The notes below the pieces were generated by a model. That model saw nothing but the letters and a program-made list of their open reading frames with translations, made no database searches and was not told the origin of the DNA. A stretch of DNA of 53,601 nucleotides, counting the filler, from Catajapyx aquilonaris (taxonomy: Eukaryota), in NCBI GenBank assembly GCA_000934665.2. It is 2 parts of 2 records of this genome, joined end to end, with 100 filler letters (N's around TTAATTAATTAA, not from the genome) between each part and the next. Parts side by side here need not be neighbours in the genome. Positions count along the whole stretch, not along the records: positions 1 to 26,746 come from KZ539298.1; 1 more part is not named here. The stretch is one strand, 5' to 3'. Each line of letters starts with the position of its first letter. Position 1 is the stretch's first letter. Positions 1-12,600 of this stretch are shown here, in pieces. A program made the translations under genes and the position numbers.

Positions 1-242
1 ATTTCATAATCAAATCAGCCTAAAAGTTGGGCGGCAGTAGTCCAATTTCGAGTTATTATAGCCCTTTTTTGGAAATTAATTTAGGGACTTCTAGACGGGT
101 AAAATGGTTCCAGACACATTCATAGGGTTTTCCCAGATCTCGTAAGTATAGCTGTTATTATTTGCAAAATATCTTGTCCGTATCTTCTTAGTACGCGTAA
201 GCCAAAAACTGTGTGGTTCGGGCCGATCTGGGGCCGAAGGGG
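1..242. mobile_element. piggyBac-like foldback MITE, right arm (truncated by window edge)
   Basis: Near-identical to 46450-46691; ends GGG|TTAA. Confidence 0.85.
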
Positions 243-484
243 TTAACTGCTGAACTTACTACCATATTTCCATATTTCATGAACTGGACCAGGATGTAAT
301 TCAAATAGTATGACTGTTATTTGCATACGTGCCATCCCTCCTGCAATCTTCCATGCCAACCAAATGGTTTTAAAAATCCTGTGAGTACATAACTACCATT
401 TTCAGTTAGTTCTACTGAATATTTGCAACCACAGGATTTGCCCACCAGCACATATTAGACCCAAGCAATAGCAATGAATCTTAC

Positions 485-601
485 CGTAACTGTTCCCTAT
501 GTTGCAACAATTCTTCCCTAGAAAAATGTTTATCTGCTACCTCTTCCATGGAAGACAGAGCAGAATGTACACTGTGATGCCCAGCAACTGCATCAGTATT
601 T
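485..601 (-). CDS. BAZ2B: tou/BAZ2B exon (NTDAVAGHHS..REELLQHREQLR)
   Basis: Acceptor gttgcag| after a 60-nt intron, open in the expected phase 2, donor CG|GTAAGA. Confidence 0.8.
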
Positions 602-3600
602 CTGCAACAGGGAACCAATGAAGATAGGACAGGGTTCAATGGCTGGTCCTCCGATACTCACTTGTCAGACCGTCCCACAATTTTCAATTGTAGTTCGCGG
701 AGTGATTTGCATTCCTCCACTTTCTTCAGCACTTCCTCTTCTGTTAAGTGCACATACTCTTCATTGCGACTGTTACCTGTAGTTGGTTGAAGGTACTTGC
801 CAACCAGCACTTTTGAACTGAAGCTGAAGTTCTCTCGACTCAAATCAGTGATGCCATATTGTTCCAAAAACTGAGAAATAACACAATTTTAATTCTGTCA
901 ACAAACTTGCTCAGGAAAACTCACCTTGGTCACATCTTGCAAATGCTTAAATTGCTGGCCACATGGAGAGATGTATGTCACTTCACCTTTTACTCCTGAT
1001 CGTCCAAACCCTCGAATCACAGTTTCCCTATGCCACCCATGTTCTAAAGGAATTCGCAATTCCCTTTCATCTGGAGCCACTCGTCGCCGTTTACTGGGAG
1101 CTAACATGTAAGATCTCTGTAATATATTGTATATAGAATGAAAAGTATTATGTTACCTGACATTCCATCTTCATAAGTGCCTCTTTTCCGTGACTTATCT
1201 GTAGTTATCCCATCATTTGCTCCCATCTCAACTGAATCTTCTGATGCTGTTGAGGTGCTCTCATCCTCACTGTTTCCACTGCTACCATCTGATGCATTGC
1301 TTTCTTCACTGGCTTCAATGACAACTGAACTGCTCCTACCACCCGACACTAACATTTTGGACTTATCATCAGAACTCCCCATAGCTTTCACCCTCAACTC
1401 TTTCAAACTCCGAGCACTTTCAGTTGCACTTCCTTCATACTTGCTATCTGAAGAAGTCATTGGTTTCACCACCAAGTCCACCTCACTGGTCAAGGGCTGG
1501 GAATGAAGTGTGGGTTTCAACAAAGACACTCCTAGAGTTGACACAGTAGGCTTCATTCCCAAAGCACGACTCTGTGCCAGAAGGGATGCCACGGTGTTCT
1601 TTTTAGGCCGGGAGATCCCTCGTCCAAGGTTTCGAGGCCGGGAATCACCCTGCAGGGAAATAAAAGCATTTAACAGCTTAGTGCCTAACAAACACTTCTC
1701 ACAAATGGGGGGCATGGTGGTGTAGTGGCTATGCTACTGGCCAGCCAAGCAGGAGGTCCAGGGTTCAAATCCCGTCCCCGTCACCTCTGCTTGGTCAGGT
1801 CTTTTTCTGCTCTTCACCCGACATGCCCGGGCAGAATTGCACTCCCTTCTCTGCCCAGGAGAAAAGGTCTGGTATTTAAGAGGCTCAGAAATGACTAGAA
1901 ACTGCTTAAGAGCGCCCTCCCTTGGGAACCTCCCCTTCCCCACACGCCCACGGACCAGGTAGAACGAAGGTTTGTCATGTGCATCGTATATTAAGATCAA
2001 TAAAGGTCTGTGCGATATACCCGACAGGGTTAAAGCACTACCCACGATTATTAACAGACACTTCTCACTGCCCAAGAGGCCAGGTCCACAGCTCATACCT
2101 GTGAGGGGCGCATGAAAAAATATAGCACCATTAAAATTACACTGCTACCTGTATCCTCCTGTACTCTGCATGCAACATTAGAATATCACCCACATTAATA
2201 CCGTACATCTGGTGCTAATAATCAGGTACATGAGAAAGGAAACTATGTGCAACTGAATTTCCTCCCATTTTACCTGACCAGGGAGCATATCGTAGGCCGG
2301 CGATCAAAACCTCGTAACTCCATTTTGCGCGAAAATGGACTTACGTACCTTGTAAGTCCCTTTGCACAACTTTGCAATGGTGTACATGAATTCAACATCA
2401 TCCTCATGAAAGGTAAGGTTTACGTTATGCTATACTGTAGGAATAATTGTCAGCATGAACAGAAAACATGATTTTACAAAATATTTTTTGTCCCTCCTGT
2501 AAAATTTGGTCTTGAGGAGTGACGATGTTTTGATCGCCGGCCGACGATATACTACATAAGAGGCGCAAACATTCGACTTTTGCGTCTCTCTGTTTATAGG
2601 GCGTTGCCAAGGCTGGCGGCCATTTTGAAGTGTGTGGTGCGCCAACGAGGTATAAATAGGGTACAGGCAGGTTGTCAAGGTCCGCGGGGGTCCGCCATCT
2701 TTGATGGTTTTGGCTGCCATGGCAATACACGGCAATAACAATTTACTTACCCATTTTCCAATATCGAATTCAAATTGCGCGTGTTCTTGCCGTGTAGTTG
2801 CCGCCAAAACCATCAAAGATGGTGGACCCTATTTTTGCCTGTACCCTATTTACACCTCGTTGGCGTACCACACACTTCAAAATGGCCGCCAGCCGTGGCA
2901 ACGCCCTATAAACAGAGAGACGCGAACATCAAAGGCGCCGACAGAAGTTTGCGCCTCTCATGTAGTATATGCTCCCTGACCTGACTAACTTGATGGGCAT
3001 TTACACAAAATGACTTTGAACATCAGGCAAGCTGGGACAATATGCCATCACAGCAACAACAAAAAGTATGGGAGGGATAGGTGGTTGAAGGGCATGTTGC
3101 AGTACCATAATTCTGTATCCAATTTGTAGTTGCAACCTGCTCCCTTTATGTTCATGGAGCGACACTTGTGCCCCATTATTGCATTTCCCCATGAAAACAC
3201 CTCCTGAATATTCAGTGAAGAAAAGTAAAAGTAAAAAAAAGAAAGTTGACATTGTGGATTATTTCCCTTTCCTTCCTTCCCCCCTGGGTGATAAGTCCTT
3301 TCATGGCCCGCTCCCCTTTTGGTTTCATGGTGCACATCAGCCATTTACTTAATACTTGCTAGCAAAAGTCAATGCTTGCCCTTGTCTGCTTGTGGTCATG
3401 TGACCTGGAGGTGCCATTGGTAGAGGATTATCAGGAAATAATATGTGAATGACAATTGGAGGGTTTGGTGCAAAAACAGGATAAGTCCACTTTTGGCCAA
3501 ATATGAGTTATGGGTGTTTCTGCCATCTTGGTACCATTCTGCATATTTTGGTTCAAAAAGCAGACATGTCATGCCCTCCACTGAGCAAAATGCAGGGTCA

Positions 3601-6600
3601 TCAAAAAAGAATGTCCCAATTTGAAAACTCCATAACTCGAAAACTTGTAGACATATCTTAATGATATATGTTTTCAAATCCTCAGAAGTGTGTCAAGTTT
3701 TGGCTTTACCATAATTTGTTTCGATATGAGCTCCATTTGTTGCTTGAAACGTTTAAATGCACTAATCGGTATCATCCCAAACCCGCCCAGGCATGTCTGG
3801 AGTTACCGTAGACATCTTATCCCGTAGGTGCTGGTGATGCTGGATCTTTTCACCATATATGTGTCTCCACAAAAAAGTCCAAAGTGGTTAAGATCTGGGC
3901 TCCCGGTGGGGCTAGGCAGGGGAAACTTCTCATTAAAGACTCCGCACACTGGGAGGCTCAACAAATGAAACTTTCCTACGGCAGGTTTGTTTCATGGATG
4001 AGGCGACTTTTTATGTGAATCATCAAGAACAATGTGAGTGGTGTAAAGATCCAAGATATCCAGCACCTACGGGATAGGATTGCAATGGTAACTCCAGATA
4101 TGATTGATGGGGTTTGGCATATCACAGATTACCGCCTCTTTCATCTGCTGAGCGACACAGGAAGCTCATATCGAAACAAATTAAGGTGAGACCAAAACTT
4201 TAGACCTTTCTTAGCATTTCCGAACTTAAATCTTTTTTTTCTTTTTTTTTTTTCATTTACCCCGTGATACAGCCTCTTGGTTGTTATAGGGGGGTGGCAG
4301 ACCACCATACAGTTTTCTAATTAATTTTTTCTTCGGTCACCGGTGCAAGGAATACTAGGAAATTGGGTAAGGGTTGGGGGTTTGGGGAGGGGACACATGT
4401 GCAGGTGCATTGTCCAGCGGTGGGCCAGGTGCAGTCCCCCAGGAGGTCAGGTTGCCAAGACGCCTCCTTAGGCGCGGGTCACGACCCATTGACGCAAGCG
4501 AAAGGTTTACTCCCGGGTGGGGATTTGAACCCGGGACCTTTCGCATAGCAAGCCGAGACGTTACCATCTCGGCCACCGTGCCTCCCCCCCGAACTTAAAT
4601 CATTCAGATATGTCTACAAGTTTCCGAGTTATAGGTTTTAAATTGGGACATTCTTTTTCGATGACCCTGTATAGCCTCTAGAGCAGGGCTATTTAACTGG
4701 CGGACCGCAACGCAATTTTGTCCGGACCGCGACAATATACAGGACAGTTTGAAATAGCATGATAAATTACTAATTCATGATTTTTTGGAAAAAGTGCTCC
4801 CAATTTCATCAAATACACACCCATTCAAATCTCCCACATTCACCTAAGCTCGTGTTATCTTGAACCCCCCCAAAAATTTTCCCTTTACAGCTTGTTCACC
4901 TCGTGCTTACGAAATGGGCCCCCCCTCCGAAATTCTTCTGCCTATGTGCCTGTCCAGGACATCATAAAGGGCGAAAATGTCTTAATATGCCGTCTTGATA
5001 GGACCTTCTACAGTACCCTTGCTGCACATGTTTCTATTTTCGAATATATGAACCCTGTGGTAGGCTACCATATAAAATCTATATATATTTTACCCCAGAC
5101 CTTCAATGGCCCAGGAAAGGTAAATACTGGACCTTTTCATAAACTACCGTATTTATGCGCATATAAGATGCACCTTTTCCCCGATTTTTGTAGCTCAAAA
5201 AGTAGGGTGCGTCTTATACGCGTGTGCGTCTTATACGGCAGGGCACAACGGGTGAAACCCGTGAGAAATCGTGAAAATTGTTTATTGAAAAATTTAAGCT
5301 TGTCGGTTTGATGTCCTGTCAGCACAGTTGATCACTTTCCTCTTGAAATCATCACGGTACGACCTGTGTTTCTCCTTCACTTCCATTGTTATGCTCTCCC
5401 CGTCCACACACGTGCACAATTCCGGTGTGACCTTGCCACCTATACGTTTCAGATGCATAGCATTGTCCCATTTTCCACTTGCCCCCCCTTCTTACTGGAT
5501 TCTAATGGATTCCACACGCACATGCATTGCACACGAGGTTGCTGCTGGCAGCTCGAGGCCAGTTCCCAAACTACGGCAATAAATCTGGGGGCGTCTTATA
5601 TAAGTCAACAACCGATTTTCTACGATTTTTCGCCTCAAAACCGGGGTGCGTCTTATATGCGCGTAAATACGGTAGTTGACCCTGCTCTAGAGGCCTAATG
5701 TCCTCATATGAGGATAATCGAAAAAATAGAAGTTCTCCAAATTGACTAACTTTTTTGAAGTTCCGGTACCTATACACCCATAAGGAAGTGTGCTTTGTAC
5801 TACAGTTGCTTCTATGCGATCAATATGACTTTTACCTTGTACGGAGCCTTTGGGAATCACAAAAAACACCTAATCCTGATAATCAGATGATTTTGATCAG
5901 AGTGGGCTGCATGTGCATCAGCTTTTACAACAAGTTCAGAATTTGCTCAAAATTATAGATCATGAAAAGGACTGTTATTTAAACTCTTCTACTGCAATAC
6001 CCAAATAAATATTTCTTGTTCAAAAACAAAAAAAAACTCAACATTTTTATCAAGACAATTTTGTAACTGGATCAATCAATGTGACATTAAAATTCCTGCA
6101 CATAGGCCAACCAGTATTTCCTCTCTGTGTCTGAACTTTCTGATCGGCTGGTGGCTGTTGCCAAGTGCTCCCTCGCATACTCCCCCCAGTCTCTCCGAAT
6201 TCAATCAAGGAGACAATCATCTGACTCCATTTTATTTTTATCTTCCACAATATATCTAGGTCTAAGAATGGCCATGGACTTGTTCAAGCCCTTCATATGG
6301 CACTCCAATAGAAGTAAAAGATTTCATGATGATTCTCTCAGCTGTCAAGGGAGGGACCTTACCTCACAGAAAGCCTACAGAGTTAATCTGTGCTAAGAGC
6401 GTGGGATATGGTTTGTATGCTACTAATAGGAAAAAACCCGCTATTCCTGCAATTAGAACCTGTTGTGGCTCAAGTAAATAGAGTTTGTAAGTTATGCAAA
6501 TGGCTGATCCATTAAAATTTTGACAAGTTTACCTGTAGGTAGGCTCACGTATGAAATCATGCTTGATTTCTTCATTCTTTTAACCATTTGAGGCCTACGG

Positions 6601-9600
6601 ACATCATATGATGTCCTGCTGGTTTTTGAACTGGGTGCGTTCGAGTTTAGACAGAAATGGCGCAGTTGGAGGCTCAAACTGCTCCTACCACCCCGTGATA
6701 GGGGGCTCAACTACCATGGCGTAAGCTAATAGGTTTTTCTGCCTTCCATCATGAGCTAAACATACCCCCTCCCATGGCTTCAGAACAGGGTGTCCTGTAA
6801 GGGCTGGTTTCACCGAGCTTGGTATATGATAAAACCAGGTTTCTTTAGGAAAATCCATACAAATAGATAGGGATTTTGAGAAATACCCTGGTTTTATCAT
6901 ATACTGAGCTCGGTGAAACCGGCCCTTAGTCTGGACTCTTAGGAATTTCTCATAGTACAGTGTTTTAGTATTATTTTGTACCATAGCAACAATTCTATAG
7001 TGACATTAAAAATTTAAATAAATTTAATTAAGTTTAAGTTAATTGCACCTTTAACCCTAATAAGAAGGATGGTTTTTCGTGTTCTTGCAAGGATCTGCAA
7101 AAAATTCGCTTGCTTTGTCACTTGGGGGACGAGACTTGAATACACTAGTGAATAAGATCGTCTAGTGTCCAGGCTTGATCCTCACGGCATCTATGTGACC
7201 CTCCTCTCATTCCATACGCAGTGGAAATTCTCAAATGCACAACAAGGTGGCGCAGGGAGTATGCTTCGCGCCTACTCCAATTTTTTGTCACTCTGCCTGC
7301 TTGACAAAAAGTATTTCGGTATGTAGCCTTGGCACCGCTGAACAAAGCAGTACATAAGCACATGGCATGAATTACGCCACAGGCCTGCTAGGCGTGCAGC
7401 AGTGATAAACACACAACCCCTCACAAATGTAAACATCCCTTGAGCCACAGCTGTTCAAAAACCGCGCGGGGCATGCACCCCTACATCCACACGGAGGCCG
7501 GCGTTGAAGTGCGCAGATGCCCGCCAGCCGCTAATTGGCATTTATGAACATTTATTTATTTTAAAACTATTGAATCATCTTTTGCACTAATTTTAGGGTG
7601 GAATCTCTCGAGGAGGTTTGGGGGCAACTATGTATGCCAAAAATTTGCCGGTCAAGGTCGGATAATTATTTTTTTGAAGTTTTTTTCCCGGTGGCCGCAA
7701 AAAGATGATTTCATTCAAGTTAATCTCGTTAATCCGGTTTATTTATGCACGATTTTGTAGTCCAAAACTCGCGATTTTTTACGGGAGAGAAAATTTTAAA
7801 AGCCACACAGAAACCACGTTACATAGTGGGAAAACGCTATAGTTTCGCCAGCAGAATATTTTAAAGCCAGCGTCTCAGCATATGGGACGTCCGTCTTATT
7901 AGGGTTAAAATGTTTTCTGGAACACACTGTAGATGAATTTTTTCGGCATTTTACATTCAAAAGGACCACAACGAGTTAAAATGATAAATATTGGAGGATA
8001 TTCTTTTTCATTAATATCACTCCTAATACAAATTTTGGTCAAGAAAAGAAAAAAAACGGCCCAAAAAACCCCACCATCGAAGGGTTAAATGGCCATTACA
8101 AATGCAGGGAAGATAGTTTGTTTGTGTGTTTGATTGGAGAAACTAGGGATCAGTATACTATAAATCAGTCCTCTGCTTGTTGGCATCAATAGTCAAGCAA
8201 GCCCACATTGCACTCAAGTAGATGGAGGTGAATGACCATAGTCCGACTTCGTTATCAAAAGCAATTACTGATAAAACTAGTCATACCCACAGGTGTATTT
8301 AGTCACAAGCGCATAAGCACATGAGGACCATCTGGCAAGAATCAGATAAGAGACTCAATTCCTTGTGTTGAATATCTGCTAGTGAAAGGCTCATTCTCAA
8401 AAAGCAACACTTTTTAATGTCACTTACTCCAAGACCCTTAGGCAGATTGAGGCCTGATGAAGACCCTGGTCGTGATTCCCGAATCTGGAGATGATGTTCC
8501 CTCACCAGCTTGTCCAATATGCGATGAAGCTCCTAGGTTGCAAAAAAAAAAATTGCCATGCAACAATGACAGGCAAGAAAACTGAGAGCGATGCAAAGCG
8601 AGTCACAAAAAATTCTGTGATACAAATGCAAAACCATTTGCAAAGCAAATGCATAAACATGACACATCCAAGAAGGAAATATTAGGTCCTGATTTTTCTG
8701 ACCAGACTACTGGCATGAAACTGGCTAAAATTGATCTGCTGCCATTTCAACTGGAATATTACTTTTCACTGGCATTTTTCATCAAAAACTGTGATGGTTG
8801 TAAGGGTCGGGTCAACCACTTGTATAAAGCATACACTCTGTTATGTCCTGTTGCAGCCTTATGGCATAGAATTATATATGTAACCAGTTAAGTAATCATA
8901 ATCAGATGTAATCTTGAAAGAAGAGTGGTTGACCTCTCAGTTCCAAACTACAGTTTTCAACTTCCCTACCTATGCTGGACACATTCTAAGGATGTGTTTT
9001 TTGGGCGGGGAGAGTTCCCCCCCTTTCTCCACAACCCCTACCCGGCTCAATGTGTTTCATATGGGAAGACTATTGGGGCGGGAATGAGTTCCCTCCCCCC
9101 TTTCTCCACAACCCCCATCCCCCCTTTTTGGGTAGGCTTTCAACCTTGACTTTCACCACCAACTGTACTACAGTCTTCCCATACGAATTTTTTTTTAGCT
9201 GTGTGGGGGTCGTGGAAAAGGGGGGGAGAACTCATCCCCGCCCCAAAACACATCCTTAGAATGTGTGCAGTATAGGAAGGCCATTTTTCTTGCATTGATT
9301 TGAGAGGTGCTCCTAAGAAACAACTCTAACTGAAGTTGGTATAAATATGCTGTAATGTCATTATTAGCTATTATTCTGTCAGTAGTGTTCTACAAACAGA
9401 TGAGAATATCTCTTGCAGGTCCCTACATGCATATGAAGGAACTTCGTACTGAAAGAGTGCCTTCTGGAGATTTGTCATACACAAAGTCAGTGACCTTGTG
9501 TTGCTTCAAGTGCTTCAGTTGCATGCACGGTGTACAGTACAGTAGAATTCATCAGCTTTGTGCTCATGCAAATAGCTAGCTATTGAGACCAAAAGTTTGG

Positions 9601-12600
9601 TGATAGGTGGTGGCTGAGTAACAAAATTTTGCCACTCAAAGTGCAACCCTAAGTAATTCACACATTTTTCCAAGCATGCCATCATTTTCAAATCTGCGTA
9701 AAGCCACAAAACATCTACTTTTAACCTTTTGCTCTCCCTGTACATCCAGATGCTACACCACTACCTTCAACATATGCATTGATTAAAAAATTCTCTCTCT
9801 CTCTCTCACGTAGTAAATTACACAATTACCCAGTAATCACATTAAGCTAGAGTCTATCTATCTATCTGTCACTAGAGCTCTACAAATGAAACGAGGGATA
9901 ATAGAAGTCTTCATGTCTGTTGACACTGTTGCAACAGTGACATGTTGGTTAAATAGCTCCATGGAACAATTAATTCTTTATAATTAACTAAGACACTGCA
10001 TGATTACACCATTCATTCTGTGAAGCTTGTGTTTTTATCATGAGCAAAAATAAAGACATGTGGTGCCAACGGCATAAAGGGGTAGGATCAAGTGTGAAGC
10101 ATGTGGACAGAAGGCAGGAATGAAAGCAGAAGCAGCTGAGTCATTTTTTAAGAGTGACACATCATTTTAGTAATATGACTGGCTGGTACTTATAGGCTGC
10201 AGTATGACACTGTCCTTAAAGTCAACTTGGGTTGAACATCATAGCAAGCCATTTAGGGGACATGATGAAGCCTGCCTGCCTGATCTCCTCTAGTGATCTT
10301 TATACCATACACACCTTTTTGAAAAATAAACACTTCTCCCTCCTTAAGAATGCATCTTAATGCTTCCCATTCCCATTCAGAAAAACACAATCACATACTA
10401 CCAAACATTCCTTACATATATTTTTCCATGCAACTAATAGATCCCAACGAAGCAAAATGTCAGGTAATTCCAGGAAAAGAAACATGCTGAAACACCCAGA
10501 AAATGAAATTTTCACTACATCTGGCCAAATAAAAACTGATCCAAAAGAACCAAATTTTCTCTCCTTTATTATGTTTTTCCCAAATTCCATATTCAAAGGA
10601 CCCAGTTGGCTTTACCTTCTAAATTAGTATGCAAGTACAATGGTTAAGCAGTCCAAGTACTCCACCACCAATACCATATCAAGCAAACAACTTTTTCAGG
10701 TTCTCTGCAACACCTTCATGGCGTATGCTCAATATCAGGTATCATCTAGCTTAAAATTTATCAGCTGCATATTTGAAATATTAGAAACTGATTTCAGCTT
10801 CAGGTAACAAGAGAAAAAAAATACAATCTGAGATGATAGACTGGGAGGGAAAAACAAATGTACACTCAACCTGTAACATGTTTCCCCCAACCCGTTCTGT
10901 TTATTTTCAAAAAATGAAAGTATTTATTAATTACTATCATATATAGAAAAAGCAACTAACGTAGCATTGAGTCAAATACCCCAAATCTGTCTGCACTCAC
11001 TTTAAAAAGTGGTCTTCCTATTATTTTATCACTTAATAAATCAAGTATCACCACCAATATAATGCTTTGTAAGTTGTCTTCCTTGATATTTGATAACAAC
11101 TATGATATCAAAAGCATGATGTAAAGTAGATAAATGCAATACAGAGAAAACCTTACATACTTCTGCTGTGTTTACAAACTTTTCTATAACATATTTCACA
11201 TTATTTCGGTTATTTCTCGGTGCCCTCTTGATCCTCAGGAACCATTTACTACACGTATGATCTAATACAAGAGTATTCTTGGCTAGGATCTCTTGCCGTA
11301 AGTTACCATTTTTAGGAAAATCTAATCAACCATGACAATTTTCCTTTAGATGAATGATTACGTATTTCGTGCCTGTCTGAATAATGTGCGGAGTAGCCTT
11401 ATTATCTTCAAAAGAGTAACATGCATGGTGCTTCTTCATTCCATGCATTAGAGCAATAATATATAGGAACCCAAGATCCTTCCCATGGGCTAAGAAAATA
11501 AAATTTCAGCATATCCTTATCTTAACATAAAAAGTAAGGAACATACATCAAATAACATAACACTTTCTAACATGACATAAAAACTCATACTGATGCATAC
11601 TATTACTGTACTTGCCTCATAGTGCAACATTACATCTACACTAGATCAAAACAGATACATCACAGCAGGAACTTGCAATTCCACCACGCAATTCGTAATA
11701 TTCAATCAGCCAGCATAAATGCACATGCCTGCATCCAACCAATAACTTAAAAAGATAAGTATAAAATGAGTAAAAACATGAGCAAAAAAGCAAATTAAAA
11801 ACGCAAGGGAAACCAATATTCTCACATGCACATGTGTTTGGTTGAGGAACACATGTTATCATGCAAAATAATTTGGTAACCACAAGGTTTAGTTAAACTA
11901 GACACCACTCCAAAAAGAAGCCAAACACCACCACCTTCATATATGGTGCAATATTAAGGACCATTGCAGTTACGACCTTTTTCAGGGCCTACCTTCTGAT
12001 GAGCATCGCCTTTGATGCCCATGGGAACTTGGTTAACAGAGGAGTGATCCAATCCAAGGTAATAAGATGACATTGGGGAAGAACTGGTGACGGGGGTGGC
12101 TGACACTGCAGGGCGCAACTGCTTTGGCTCAGCCTTGCGACGGGCAGCACCTACAAATATGGCCATGTAAGACTTGCTGCAGGCATGCCTTTGGCACTTC
12201 ATCTCACCAGTCTTGTCAGCAGGAGTAATTGTAACAGAGGGAGACAGCTGTGAGCCACTGTTGTCCTGAGCTTTTAGGGACAAATTTAATGGTGCATCCT
12301 CAGATGCAGCATTCATACCATTGCGGTTGCCATTTCCAGCTGGAGTGGTAGACAGATTCAATGCCCCAGAAGTCCCATTGACAGAATGGGAATGGGCTGG
12401 AAGCCTGATCACTTCCACCCTATCCATTGTCGATGGACTGTTCCGACTGTATTCAGCATCGCTCTGTAAAAGATGTTATGCCAACTGCGATTGCCCAGGT
12501 TCCACAAAAAAAATATACTCACTGCTGACTTCCTTCCAGGCTTCTTTCTTCCAAAGTTCAAGCCAGCTGCAAGCCCACCCGCAGGCATCACCGACACAGA

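Noticed and set aside
1703..1780. tRNA-like sequences here and at other SINE heads
   Set aside because: They continue into shared SINE bodies with tails and TSDs and lack a proper cloverleaf, so they are not tRNA genes
8454..8476. CTGATGA followed by a small gacc/ggtc stem, resembling a hammerhead ribozyme core
   Set aside because: The required GAAA after stem II is GTGA, and I could not find convincing stems I and III
9418..9485. Plus-strand AG..GT-bounded exon-like segment inside a tou intron
   Set aside because: Antisense to tou, with no partner exons or recognisable protein
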